Source of the DNA: Octopus vulgaris
Taxonomy: Eukaryota
Length of the DNA stretch: 64,000 bases
Assembly (NCBI GenBank): GCA_951406725.2
Contig: OX597814.1
Span: 209,002,001 to 209,066,000 of the forward strand
Reading direction: 5' to 3'
In this document: piece by piece, positions 26,004-37,443 of the stretch
Layout: each line of letters starts with the position of its first letter
Position numbering within the stretch: the first letter of the stretch is position 1
Notes under the pieces: model-generated
What the model was told of the DNA's origin: nothing
What the model saw: the letters and a program-made list of their open reading frames with translations, nothing else
The model's database searches: none
Made by a program: the position numbers and the translations under genes

Positions 26004-26630
26004 CCCTTTAGCATTCAGATTACTAGATTACTCTGTCGAATGTAATGCTTATTTACTCTTTTACTCTTTTACACGTTTCAGTCAACTGACATTGGCCATG
26101 CTGGAGCACTGCCTTTAGTCAAAGAAATCAACCCCAGGACTTATTCTTTGAAAGCCTAGTACTTATTCTAGCAGTCTCTTTTGCCAAACTGCTAAGTTTT
26201 GAGGATATAAAGACACCAACTTCGGTTGTCAAGCAATGGAGGGTGGGGGACAAACAGACACACACACACATAGATATATATACATATATATATATACACG
26301 ATGAGTTTCTTTCAGTTTCTGTCTACCAAATCCACTCACAAGGCTTTGGTTGGCCTGAGGCTATAGTAGAAGACACTTGCCCAAGGTGTCACGCAGTGGT
26401 ACTGAACCCAGAACCGTGTGGTTTGTAAGCAAGCTACTTACCACAGCCACACCTGTGCCTTTATTCACATTATTTTGACTTTCTCTTGCACTGTCTTGCA
26501 GTTTTGAGATTTCAATGTTGGGATTCTTTACTTCAGGAATGACATTACAGGGTAGGTCTAAGAGGCCAGATCTGATCATAGAATGGGAAGAATACTTGGG
26601 TTGCATATGACCGGTTTAAATATTAATGGG
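26004..26630. mobile_element. piggyBac-type MITE inside a + strand SINE A, itself split by a - strand SINE A (26054-26460)
   Basis: ccctttagcattcagat ... aatattaatggg|ttaa; homologous to 44802-45385; the outer SINE A (25882-26001) resumes at 26634. Confidence 0.7.
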
Positions 26631-26664
26631 TTAAGAGTGAATTTGGTAGATGGTAGGTGGAAGC

Positions 26665-27082
26665 TATTGTGTATGTATGTGTGTATGTATACATACACAT
26701 ATCTCCCATGCACACAATTACACATATGTGGGCATATACACACGCATGCACATAGACACACACACACAGGAACGCACACATACTCCACATGCATACACAC
26801 ATGCACACATACACACACACAACATATACATGCATGCACACACATACCTAGCACACAACCCCATGCACACATACACATGCACACACACAACTACATGCAC
26901 ATACAGGCACGCAAAAAAACGCACATGTACCTCCACACACACCCCCTTGTTCACACACACACGCACGCACACACATACACACACACCTGTACACATGCAC
27001 ACACACTCACATGCACACACACATATGCACACATGTGCTATTACACACACACAGACTTGCTTGCACACACATACCGACACAT
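26665..27082. repeat. Degenerate (CA)n-rich tract
   Basis: Seen directly. Confidence 0.9.
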
Positions 27083-27199
27083 ACTACCTTCTCTTACACT
27101 CTCCTGTCTTCACCCATTCCCTTCTGGTCATTTCAAAATGTAACCACATGTGAATCGTCGGCGATTTTCTTCCTCTGTTTTCCCTTCTATTGGACATTC

Positions 27200-27245
27200 C
27201 TCTGTTTCTGAAGAAGAGCATCTGCCTGAAATGTTAAACCATCTT
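27200..27245 (+). ncRNA. Degenerate minimal type I hammerhead ribozyme (probable Penelope-like pLTR remnant ~27090-27330)
   Basis: ttt-CTGAAGA-agagcatctgcct-GAAA-tgtta-aacc. Confidence 0.45.
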
Positions 27246-27349
27246 TCTTTCCTTCCCTGAGCGACTGCTAATACATTACATGAACCACGTCCTTGCATTG
27301 TTGTGTTTTTTGTGCTTTTTCTTTTGGGGATTTACTATATATATATATA

Positions 27350-28500
27350 TATCATCATCATCATCATCATCATCGTTTAACGTCCGTTCTCCATGCTAGC
27401 ATGGGTTGGACGGTTCGACCGGGGATCTGGAAAGCCAGAAGGCTGCACCAGGCTCCAGTCTTATCTGGCAGTGTTTCTACAGCTGGATGCCCTTCCTAAC
27501 GCCAACCACTCCGTGAGTGTAGTGGGTGCTTTTCACGTGCCACCTGCACAGGTGCCAGGCGAGGCTGGCAACGGCCACGGTCGGATTGGTGTATTTTATG
27601 TGCCACCTGCACGGAAGCCAGACGAGGGGGTGCTGGCATCGGCCACGAGTCGGATAGTGCTTTTTACGTACCACCAGACCAGGGATCCTGGCTGGTTCAA
27701 TTCGATTTCGATTTCGCTTGCCCCAACATGTCTTTGCAAGCAAAGGGGGTTGGCATGGGTGCCTGTCGTCGGATGAGGTTCTATATCGACTTCGCTTGCC
27801 TCAACAGGTCTTTGTGTCCAAGGGAGGAAAGGCATTCATAAGTGGGCTGGGCTCACTTGTCCTGCCTGGTCTTCTCACGTACAGAATATTTCCAAAGGTC
27901 TCGGTCGCTGGTCATTTCCTCAGTGAGGCCTAAAGTTCGAAGGTCGTGCTTCACCACCTCGTCCCAGGTTTTCCTGGGTCTATCTCTTCCACGGGTTCCC
28001 TCAACTGCTAAGGATTGGCACTTTCTCACACACCTATCTTCATCCATTCTCGCCACATGACCATACCAGCGCAATCGTCTCTCTTGCACACCACAACTGA
28101 TGCCTCTTAGGTACAACATTTCTCTCAAGGTGCTAACGCTCTGTCGAGTATGTACACTGACATTACACATCCATCGGAGCATACTGGCTTCATTCCTCAC
28201 GAGCTTACGCATGTCCTCGGCAGTCACGGCCCATGTTTCACTGCCATGTAGCATGGCTGTTCGTACACACGCATCATACAGTCTGCCTTTTACTCTGAGC
28301 GAGAGGCCTTTAGTCACCAGCAGAGGTAAGAGCTCCCTAAACTTTGCCCAGGCTATTCTTATTCTAGCAGTTACACTTTCAGCGCACCCACCCCCACTAC
28401 TGACTTGGTCACCTAGATAACGGAAGCTATCAACTACTTCTAGTTTTTCCCCTTGGAAAGTGACGGAAGTTATTTTCTGCAGATTTTCGGAGGTTAATAC
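27350..28500 (-). mobile_element. 5'-truncated RTE LINE: RT C-terminus + ~500-nt 3' UTR + (GAT)n tail
   Basis: ORF ...KGRLYDACVRTAMLHGSETW...ERRLRWYGHVARMD...RPRKTWDEVVKHDL...DRDLW ends at 27853 and runs directly into the module-bearing UTR. Confidence 0.93.
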
Positions 28501-29420
28501 TCCAGAAGGTATTCTGGCATCTTATTGAAGACCTCAATTTGGCAAATTAAGGGGAAACTGGACTACCAAATATACCTGGATTTCACATTAATGAAACGTT
28601 GTTTTGTAGTTTATTCCTAAAGCATACACGTCTTTGTAATAGGTGGATACTGTTTTTCTCTTTCAAATGTTATAGCTTACATAGATCTATACAGGCTTTG
28701 TTGTTGAAGGAACACTTATTAAATATAAATTTTTTTGTAAATAGGGCAAAGGGCAATATTTTGGAATCTGTTCTTTAATTAAGCATAGTCCTTGAATTTT
28801 CAAAATCAGAGAACCTTTGGATGTTACCTTGTACTCTTTTTTTTTCACAAAATACATGGAAAACAACTTAAAATTTGAGTAAATTTTTGCTGTACTTTAA
28901 GGAAAATTCCTTAACAGAATGAACAGAAATCTTCAAAATAGTTTCTAAAGTTGCAAAAAATTCACCAAATTAAATAAAATCCATTCTTTAGTAGACCATT
29001 TTCCTTGCTTTCAATGACCAAAAAATCATTTTGGAACTGAGCTTCTAACTGTTGCATTATCTGTGCCCCAGTTGATATTCTGTATTGACTGTGTGTCTGA
29101 CTTAAATCGCACTTCTCTCAGAAATAATTTTGTTCTTTAACAAGAAATTTCAGCTATTTTTTTTGTTTTGTTGTACTTAAATATTCAGCATAATGTATTT
29201 TATCATACCGACACTCATTTATCTTTATTTCACTAACATTATGGATGAGAGTTGAAAAAAAAATTTGTGATACTAAAAAATTCATTGCATTAATCTTCCT
29301 TATAATGGTATTTTAACCAACCATCCATCCACCGAAGGTGGTGTGCAGTGGGACTGAACCTGAGACCACATGGTTTGAAAGCAAGCTTCTTAACCTCATA
29401 GTCATGTCTGTGCCTATATA

Positions 29421-29465
<45 letters not shown>

Positions 29466-29469
29466 GTAT

Positions 29470-29660
29470 ATCATCATCATCATCATCATCATCATCATTT
29501 AACGTCTGCTTTCCATGCTGGCATGGGTTGGACGGTTCAACTGGGGTCTGGGAAGCCAGAAGGCTGCACCAGGCCCAGTCTGATCTGGCAGTGTTTCTAC
29601 AGCTGGATGCCCTTCCTAATGCCAACCACTCCGCGAGTGTAGTGGGTGCTTTTTACGTGA
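29470..29660 (-). mobile_element. RTE 3' tail, truncated inside the first module, within (TA)n
   Basis: Homology ends at gtgggtgctttttacgtg. Confidence 0.85.
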
Positions 29661-29748
29661 TGTATATATATATATATGTATGTATATATGTATGTATATA
29701 TATGTATGTGTATATATATATATGTATGTATGTATATATATATGTATG

Positions 29749-29797
<49 letters not shown>

Positions 29798-30230
29798 ATA
29801 TATATATATATATATATATATCAGTCAGCCAGTACTTATGTACTAAGCTTGATATTTACTTGATATTGAGTGTATATTATTCCAACCTAATGAGCTGCCT
29901 CATTTTAACTACCTTATTCAACTGATTCTTACTTCATATATATATATATATATATATATATAGGAGGAGCATTCTGTTGGTTACAACGATGAGGGTCCCA
30001 GCTGATATAATCAACGGAACAGCTTGATTGTGAAATTAACATGCAAGTGGCTGAGCAGGGAGATTCAGCATGCCAAAAGAGTGTGACAAAGCTGGCCCTT
30101 TGAAATACAGATACTTTTCATTTTTGCCAGCTGAGTGGACTGGAGCAACATGAAATAAAGTGACTTGCTTAAGGACACACTGCGTCACTGAGAATTGAAC
30201 TCATAATCATAATCACTAAGTCACACGTCT

Positions 30231-30261
<31 letters not shown>

Positions 30262-30653
30262 CAGCACCGCATCGACTGGCCTCCGTGCCAGTGGCACGTA
30301 AAAAGCACCATCCGATCGTGGCTGATGCCAGCCCCGCCTCAACTGGCTTCTGTACCGGTGGCACGTAAAAAGCTCCATCCGATCGTGGCCGATGCCAGCA
30401 CCGCCTTGACTGGCTTCCGTGCTGGTGGCACGTTAAAAGCACCAACCGATCGTGGCCGATGCCAGACTCCCCTGGCACCTGTGCAAGTGGCTTGTAAAAA
30501 GCACCCACTACACTCGCGGAGTGGTTGGCGTTAGGAAGGGCATCCAGCTGTAGAAACACTGCCAGATCAGACTGGAGCCTGGTGCAGCCCCTGGCTCCCC
30601 AGACCCCGGTCGGACTGTCCAACCCGTGCTAGCACGGAAAACGGATGTTAAAC

Positions 30654-30691
<38 letters not shown>
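30262..30691 (+). mobile_element. RTE LINE 3' UTR fragment with four 67-bp modules
   Basis: Modules at 30283, 30350, 30417, 30479; GAT tail. Confidence 0.88.
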
Positions 30692-30692
<1 letters not shown>

Positions 30693-30839
30693 ATGAAATT
30701 ATACAAAATGTATAAATGGATGATGAGTAAAGCACCAGTACAGTTTCAATTACCTGTTGTTACCTGTAGATTTATTGGAGGAACTTCGTAGTGGTGGTAG
30801 GGGTAACAGTATTGATTAAATAAATGGAAGGAGGAAAGA

Positions 30840-30900
30840 TTTTATTGGGTATGACACGTGTTTCGGCCCGTTCTGAGTCTCTTCGGGTACATCAATAAAA
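30840..30900 (-). ncRNA. Type I hammerhead ribozyme (PLE 3' pLTR), U4C core variant
   Basis: Reverse complement ttttattgatgtac-CCGAAGA-gactc agaac gggcc-GAAAC acgt GTC-atacccaataaaa. Confidence 0.75.
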
Positions 30901-31199
30901 AGTTTTATGAGAGATTCTCCGATTTGGTTTTACGTACTGCTATGTGTCAATCATCTTCAAGAACAAGTGAAAAACAGAGAAATTGAAATTCAAAGAAATT
31001 TCAAATATGAACATGAAAATTATACATTCTAGTTTAGAGAAAATGATGTAATGAACCTTCGCTGTTGTAACGGTTAAGAGAAGAAAAGGATGTAGAAGTT
31101 GAAAGGAAGATAATACTTAGTTGAAAATTTTTTTTTGTGTTCATGCTTAGATGCACATATACATACACAAATATGTATATATATATGTATATATATATT

Positions 31200-31755
31200 T
31201 AAAAGCTCCATGAGGCTCCAGCAGGGGGGTGGTGATCCCTGCTGTACTCTTTCACCACTCTTTCTCCCACTCTTTCTTCTGTTGGCCTGCTCGCTTAGCC
31301 AGCGGGGTGGTGTCATCTCGAAGGCTAACACAGTGCAAATGCATTGTGACCAGCGATGTGTAACAACATCTGATGGTCTGGTCAGTCACGTGATCACGTG
31401 ATATATATATATATATATAACTATATATATATATATCACTATATATATATATCACGTGATCACGTGACTGACCAGACCATCAGATGTTGTTACACATCGC
31501 TGGTCACAATGCATTTGCACTGTTTTAGCCTTCGAATGACACCACCCCGCTGGCTAAGCGAGCAGGCCAACAGAAAAAAGAGGGGAGAAAGAGTGGTGAA
31601 AGAGTACAGCAGGGATCACCCCCCCCCCTACTGGAGCCTCATGGAGCTTTTAGGTGTTTTCACTCAATAAACACTCACAACGCCCGGTCTGGGAATCGAA
31701 ACCGCGATCCTGTGACCGCGAGTCCGCTGCCCTAACCACTAGGCCATTGCGCCTC

Positions 31756-31757
<2 letters not shown>
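31200..31757. mobile_element. Tail-to-tail pair of a SINE D variant inserted in (TA)n
   Basis: 31200-31401 (+, 5'-truncated) and 31452-31757 (-, full tRNA head); both end tcacgtgatcacgtga. Confidence 0.88.
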
Positions 31758-31809
<52 letters not shown>

Positions 31810-31922
31810 TACATACATATATGTATCTAGATTGCAAGGTAACATGTCAAATACAAGTTATTCAAATATGGTTTCTCAAGTTCATGTGTATTAAGAGTTG
31901 TGGTCACCATGTTTATATCAAG

Positions 31923-33540
31923 TTATGTATGGTCTGGATTGTGATATGAGAACGTGTGTTTAGCCTCATGTAGGCCTCTTGATAATTGTTCAGTGAATTT
32001 ATTTATAATGTGCTCCTTTGTTATTATTGAGAGTGACTCCTTGAAGCATAATTGGCATTTGCGGGATATAGTGTTGTAGGGACTCACGTGTCTAAGTATG
32101 GACCATGTAAGGTATTTTGTCTTTGCTTCCTTAAGCATCCAGATAAAATCGGCCAGTGATGTTACATGCTGTTTAAGGATATTTCGAAAGCTGGTGATGT
32201 GGGTGCGGTATCAATTTTTGAAAAAAACGGCTGATTCTCCGATATATATATGTAGGGGCCTCCTCTTGTGTTTATAGTGCTCTTGTATACCACATTCTTA
32301 GTCATGCATTGGTTATCCAAAGGGCAATTTGATCTCTCTCTGCATGAGCATAACTGTTTGATTTTGTTGGTTGTGTACATCGAGTGTTGGAAGGATTATT
32401 TCTGTTTGGTATTTTGATTGGCAATATTATTGTTTTATTATCACTAGGTGTTCTCAGTTTATTATTTGAATTGTTGCTGGTGTTGTTTTTTGGATGGTTA
32501 TCATGGATATTGTTATTATTGCTCTGTTGGTTGGTAGTTTAATTTGAGTTATAAATGTTGTCTTTAGGTTGGTCATATGAGTTATGGTTGATGTCAAGAA
32601 GGTTATTTTGAGTGCTGACTAATCTTTACCTCAGTTTACGGTTGTTGATCCTATGCATATGGTGCTCTAAATTTGATGAATTTATATTGGATAGTTTTAT
32701 AGTGTGATGGTTGAATATTTTGCTGTGCATTCCATTTTTAGGGAAGTAGTGAAAAATTGTTTCACAATCTTAGATGAGATGTTGGAATTTCAGATTGGGA
32801 TATACCAAAGGACGTCATGGTTTTTATATTTTCGGTTAGGTCTGTTTGTCTGGGTGGTTGGAGTGGCAATTGGATTTTGTGGCAGTTGTTGTTCAATTTG
32901 TTGTCTATTACAAGTTTTCTTTAATTCATGGTTGATTCTAATGTGTCTGGGTTTGGTTAGTCTTATCTTATGATAAGTGTTATCTTATGATAAGTGTTAT
33001 CTTATGGTTTGGGATTCTATTATCTAGGTTTTTGATATTGTTTATGTAGTTATTGTTGTGTTTGCTAAAGTTGTTATAATGAATCATATTATTGCTAGTT
33101 GAGCTATAAGAGTTATTATTTCTACTACTACTGGTATATTGGATTTTCTCACGGTATCCGGCCTTAGCTAAGGCTGAGTTATAATAAGGTGTGTGTATGT
33201 TGAATATATTTTCATTTGCAGATAACCTGGATATTCTAGCTGAGATATTTTTAACGAGTCCCCTAATTATTAATGGTGGATGATTAGATCCAACATTGAT
33301 GTAGTTTAGGTTCTCATTAGGTTTATGGAATGGGTTGTGTAGACCAGTATCCAAATCAAAAGTAGCATCTAAAAAGTTGACTGTACGGTATTCATTGATT
33401 ATAGTCATGGAGAGTCCGTTAGTTTTAAAAAACTTAAATAGAGATTTTTGTATTTTTTGTGCTGTACTTTGCTACATTTATGTAGGAAGAATAATGAATC
33501 ATCTCTGTATACAGGCCTCCATTCAATCCAGGAATGTAGT
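31923..33540 (-). pseudogene. PLE reverse transcriptase / GIY-YIG endonuclease pseudogene
   Basis: ORF-track fragments 33405-33728 (YRDD part), 32980-33408, 32162-32380, 31923-32138 in colinear domain order. Confidence 0.85.
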
Positions 33541-33560
33541 GGTACGTAAAAACCAAAGCT

Positions 33561-33621
33561 TTTTATTGATGTATCTGAAGAGACCCAGAACGGGTTGAAA
33601 TGTGTATCGTACTCAATAAAA
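33561..33621 (+). ncRNA. Type I hammerhead ribozyme (inverted PLE pLTR), stem III decayed
   Basis: ttttattgatgtat-CTGAAGA-gaccc agaac gggtt-GAAA tgtgt ATC-gtactcaataaaa. Confidence 0.75.
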
Positions 33622-33669
33622 TCTTTTCTCCTCCCATCTATTTTATTAATACTATATATATACATATAT

Positions 33670-33724
<55 letters not shown>

Positions 33725-34202
33725 GCAACTGGCTGTAATTTCTCTAGTCTCCACTTCAACTTGTTTCGCTGTCTGTTGCTCTTCTGTTTCCAATTCTGTA
33801 GGATTTCCCTCTTAGCATTACCCTTACTTTTGTCTTCGTCTAGCCCTAAGGTTATATTCTGTTTGTTTATTTATTTTGTTTTTGTCCCTCGTCCGTCCAC
33901 CAACAGTCTCGTCTGGAATTACATTTATTTATTTTCATATGTCCACTTCTGTGTTGCTTGTTTATCTATCTATTGTTTGTCCGTTCTTGTTCTGTTATGT
34001 TTTGGTCCGCATTTCCTGCCAGCCTTCTTGCTGGTCACCACCAGAAGGGAAGTAATATTATCATTAAAGGCACAAAATTGCGTTTGACCCCCTGGTCAAT
34101 GACTGATGAATAGTCGACCTTTTGTATCTGTTTTCTGTCTGTCTGTGCATTTACTATATGTTTCTCAACTTGCCATTTGGTGTCTGTTTTCCGTTTGTAC
34201 AT

Positions 34203-34540
34203 TTAAGTTAAGTTAATTTTTTGGCCCAAAAAGCAAAAAGCAAGGCCATGTAGGGGGACATGGAGTTAAGTACAGGGTGGTGTTCATGCAAAGAGTTCAG
34301 GCCATTTCTGGTCAAGGGAGATTTTGAACCGAGCGGTCGTCGGCATCTTCACTATCTCGTCCGGCAGCTTATTCCACGGATCCGCAACCTGGACGGAGAA
34401 AGCCCCTCTCCTTCGACTGAGATGAAATCGTCGCAGATAGAGCTTTGCGGAGTGACACCGCAGCCGACGTTCTGGAGCAGGAGTGAAGAACAGCTCTTTC
34501 GAGAGGTTACACTTTCCGCTTATGATGTTGTGAACAAGAA
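34203..34540 (-). mobile_element. CR1-clade LINE 3' end
   Basis: Minus translation ...RRLRCHSAKLYLRRFHLSRRRGAFSVQVADPWNKLPDEIV...FKISLDQKW...*, then short UTR and (TTAAC)n tail. Confidence 0.88.
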
Positions 34541-35034
34541 CACTATACGTTTTTCAACTTTTACACACACACACACACACACTTTTCCTACACCCACACA
34601 GACACATATACATGTGTGTGCATGTATGAATATATAAATAAACGTTGGCTTGCTAAATTGAGACTGTTTTAAAAATGTTATTCATTAATACCATGAATTA
34701 AGAGCTAATATTTTGCATGTAACAAGTCTAAGATATTATCTTTGATTTTTTTTTTATGTTACTGTTTGCAAAAGATTGTATAAGAGTTATGGCATCACTG
34801 CAACAAAATATAATTAGTGAAATGAATCATATTAGATGTAACCCTCATTATATCATTGTTGATACAGGGTATGCAAAAGCAAACAGTTTACCATGTTCTG
34901 GCTAAGCTTCAAATGTTCTTGGTTCAGCTCTTGGTATCCTTAGTGATTGCAAACATACTGATGTCTTTCTGGCTGGTTTAAAATAATCTATTGCAGTGTG
35001 GAAGATATTAAGCAACTAAAATCCTCCAATCACC

Positions 35035-35477
35035 TCTGTCTACACCGCATCCTTTGTGTCCGATGGCATCACTTTGTCTCCAACTAATTTGGTGCGACAC
35101 CAGGGCAGAATCATCTCCCTCCGACAAGTCATCCTAACGAGACGTCTGCGTTGGCTGGGTCATGCCCTCTGTCGTCAACCAGGAGAATTCATCTACGAAG
35201 CAATTGCCCCAGTTCCCCTTCAGGGTTGGTGAAGGCAATGTGGTGGACAACGAAAAACCTGGCTGATGACAGTCAAGGCTGATCTGGAACCCAACCTAGG
35301 CCCCCATATATACGGCGTTCACTGCTGGAATAAGGAGTGGTTGGAGATCACATGGTCGTTAGCCTCAAATCGCCAGGTCTGGTTGGCGTTTGTGAGAGAT
35401 GCAGCATTGAGGATAAATGAAGCCAGCTCAACCCATCCCGGGTGAAATTCTGTCTCAAGACAAGAAAGAAGACAAGA
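35035..35477 (+). mobile_element. Second RTE-clade LINE 3' end with (CAAGA)n tail
   Basis: LHRILCVRWHHFVSN...RRLRWLGHALC...GGQRKTWLMTVKADLEPNLGPHIYG..CWNKEWLE...LASNRQVW.AFVRD...ASSTHPG*. Confidence 0.85.
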
Positions 35478-35616
35478 ATTCACCTACCAGCATCACCATG
35501 CTTGCAAAAAACGTTGATATGAGCCAGAAGGCACTAGCTAAGGATGCTGAAAAGGATTTTAGGCATGAAGTAACACATTAACAGGCATTCAAGCATTCTC
35601 ATGGCATGTTCTAAAG

Positions 35617-35934
35617 CAGGGGTTCCCAACCTTATTTTGCTTGTGGACCCCCTGAGAGCTATCTTGTCATCTATGGACCCCATATATACACATGTAAATT
35701 TTTGAAATAAAATATTTGTTTGTAGATTAGTAAAAACTAACAATAAAACAATTTCATTATATTCATAAAACGAATTGCAAATACAAATCTTGAAAATTTC
35801 AATAAATACAGGTACCTCTCGTAGTAAACAAAATTTATATATGGACCCACAAATTGCAATTTTTTACAGGTAGACCCCCTTAAAGCTTCTATGGACCCCT
35901 GGAGGTTCATGAGGGCCCCGGTCGGGAACCCCTG
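35617..35934. mobile_element. hAT (Charlie-like) MITE
   Basis: TIRs caggggttcccaacc / ggtcgggaacccctg with perfect 8-bp TSD ttctaaag. Confidence 0.92.
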
Positions 35935-35989
35935 TTCTAAAGTTATTAATGTTGAGAGAGCCCCAAAGCTACTCAGTTACCTAAAGCAT

Positions 35990-36236
35990 TTTACTCTTAT
36001 CTTTTGCTTATTTCAGTCATTGGATTGTGGCCATACTAGGGCACTGTCTTGAAGGATTTTAGTCAAACAGATTGATGCCAGTACTTATTTTCAAAGCCTG
36101 GTACTTATTCTATCAGTCTCTTTTGCCAAACTGCTTATGTTATGGGGTTGTAAACAAACCAACATCAGTTGTCAAGTAGTGGGTGGGGACAAACACAGAT
36201 ACAAAGACATAAACACATGTATGTATATGTCTCTCC

Positions 36237-36313
<77 letters not shown>

Positions 36314-36652
36314 TATATACGTATATAAAATCTACTGGGTGGTTGGTGTTAGGAAGGGAATCCAGCTGTAGAACCCATGCCAAATCAGACACAGAAGTCC
36401 GGTGCAGGCTCCTTCCTAGTCATCTCTGTCAAACTGGCCAACCCATGCTAGCATGGAAAGCGGATGTTAAACAATGATGATGATGATGATATACACTGGA
36501 CTTTCACACACTTTACATTTACTAAATTCACTCAGACAGCATTGGTTGGTCCAGGCCCTTAGATAAAAGACATTTGTCCAAAGTACCACACAGTAGGACT
36601 GAACCCAAACCATGTGTTTGCAAAATGAGCTTCTAAGCCACACAGCCATACC
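35990..36652 (-). mobile_element. Diverged SINE A with an RTE tail inserted at its internal microsatellite
   Basis: SINE halves flank an RTE tail at 36335-36490. Confidence 0.75.
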
Positions 36653-36882
36653 TAAGGAAAGTGATAATCTTCACCGACAAAAAGAAGCCATACTGAACCA
36701 GGTCATCAGTTGTCATGATTGCATGGGTGTTGCATTCAAGCCATCCAAACTTTACTTGTCATGCAAAGCAAGGATCCAACCTCAGTGATGGTGTTTCAAG
36801 CCATTGCAACTGATGGACATGTGATGCCACCTCGTTTCATTGGAACAGATTTTAACATCAACATAGTTGTATACTCTTTCTC

Positions 36883-37292
36883 TCTTTTACTCTTTTACTT
36901 GTTTCAGTCATTTGACTGCGGCCATGCTGGAGCACTGCCTTTAATCGAGCAACTCGACCCCGGGACTTATTCTTTTGTAAGCCCAGTACTTATTCTATTG
37001 GTCTCTTTTGCCGAACCGCTAAGTAACGGGGGACATAAACACACCAGCATCGGTTGTCAAGCAATGCTAGGGGGACAAACACAGACACACAAACACACAC
37101 ATGCACATATATATATATATACATATATGCGACGGGCTTCTTTCAGTTTCCATCTACCAAATCCACTCACAAGGCTTTGGTCGGCCCGAGGCTATAGTAG
37201 AAGACACTTGCCCAAGGTGCCATGCAGTGGGACTGAACCCGGAACCATGTGGTTGGTAAACAAGCTACTTACCACACAGCCGCTCTTGCGCC
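36883..37292 (-). mobile_element. SINE family A, full length
   Basis: Homology to other SINE A copies. Confidence 0.9.
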
Positions 37293-37443
37293 TATATTTG
37301 AACATCCTTAGTAAAGTGCTCATGCTGTAAATTACTAAACATTATGATCTGGATGAGGTTATGTCCAAGACTGTACCAAGCACATAGTCCATATGCAGGA
37401 TTATTTTAAGGTGGAATTCCTGTTTGTTCCCAATGAAATTTAA

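Larger units (their letters stand above)
30805..33655 (-). mobile_element. Penelope-like element (PLE), 5'-truncated, with inverted pLTR
   Basis: Frameshifted RT (YRDD, VNFLDATFDL, YINVGSNHPP) and GIY-YIG (CSCRERSNCPLDNQC...VVYKS...YIYI; WSIL...CQLC..E) on minus strand; homologous hammerhead-containing segments at 30805-30937 (-) and 33541-33655 (+). Confidence 0.85.

Noticed and set aside
34095-34125. CTGATGA motif as a hammerhead core (also at 46102 and 63884)
   Set aside because: No properly placed stem II + GAAA + stem III
36719-37330. 203-aa ORF
   Set aside because: Chance read-through of a transposase relic into an antisense SINE A
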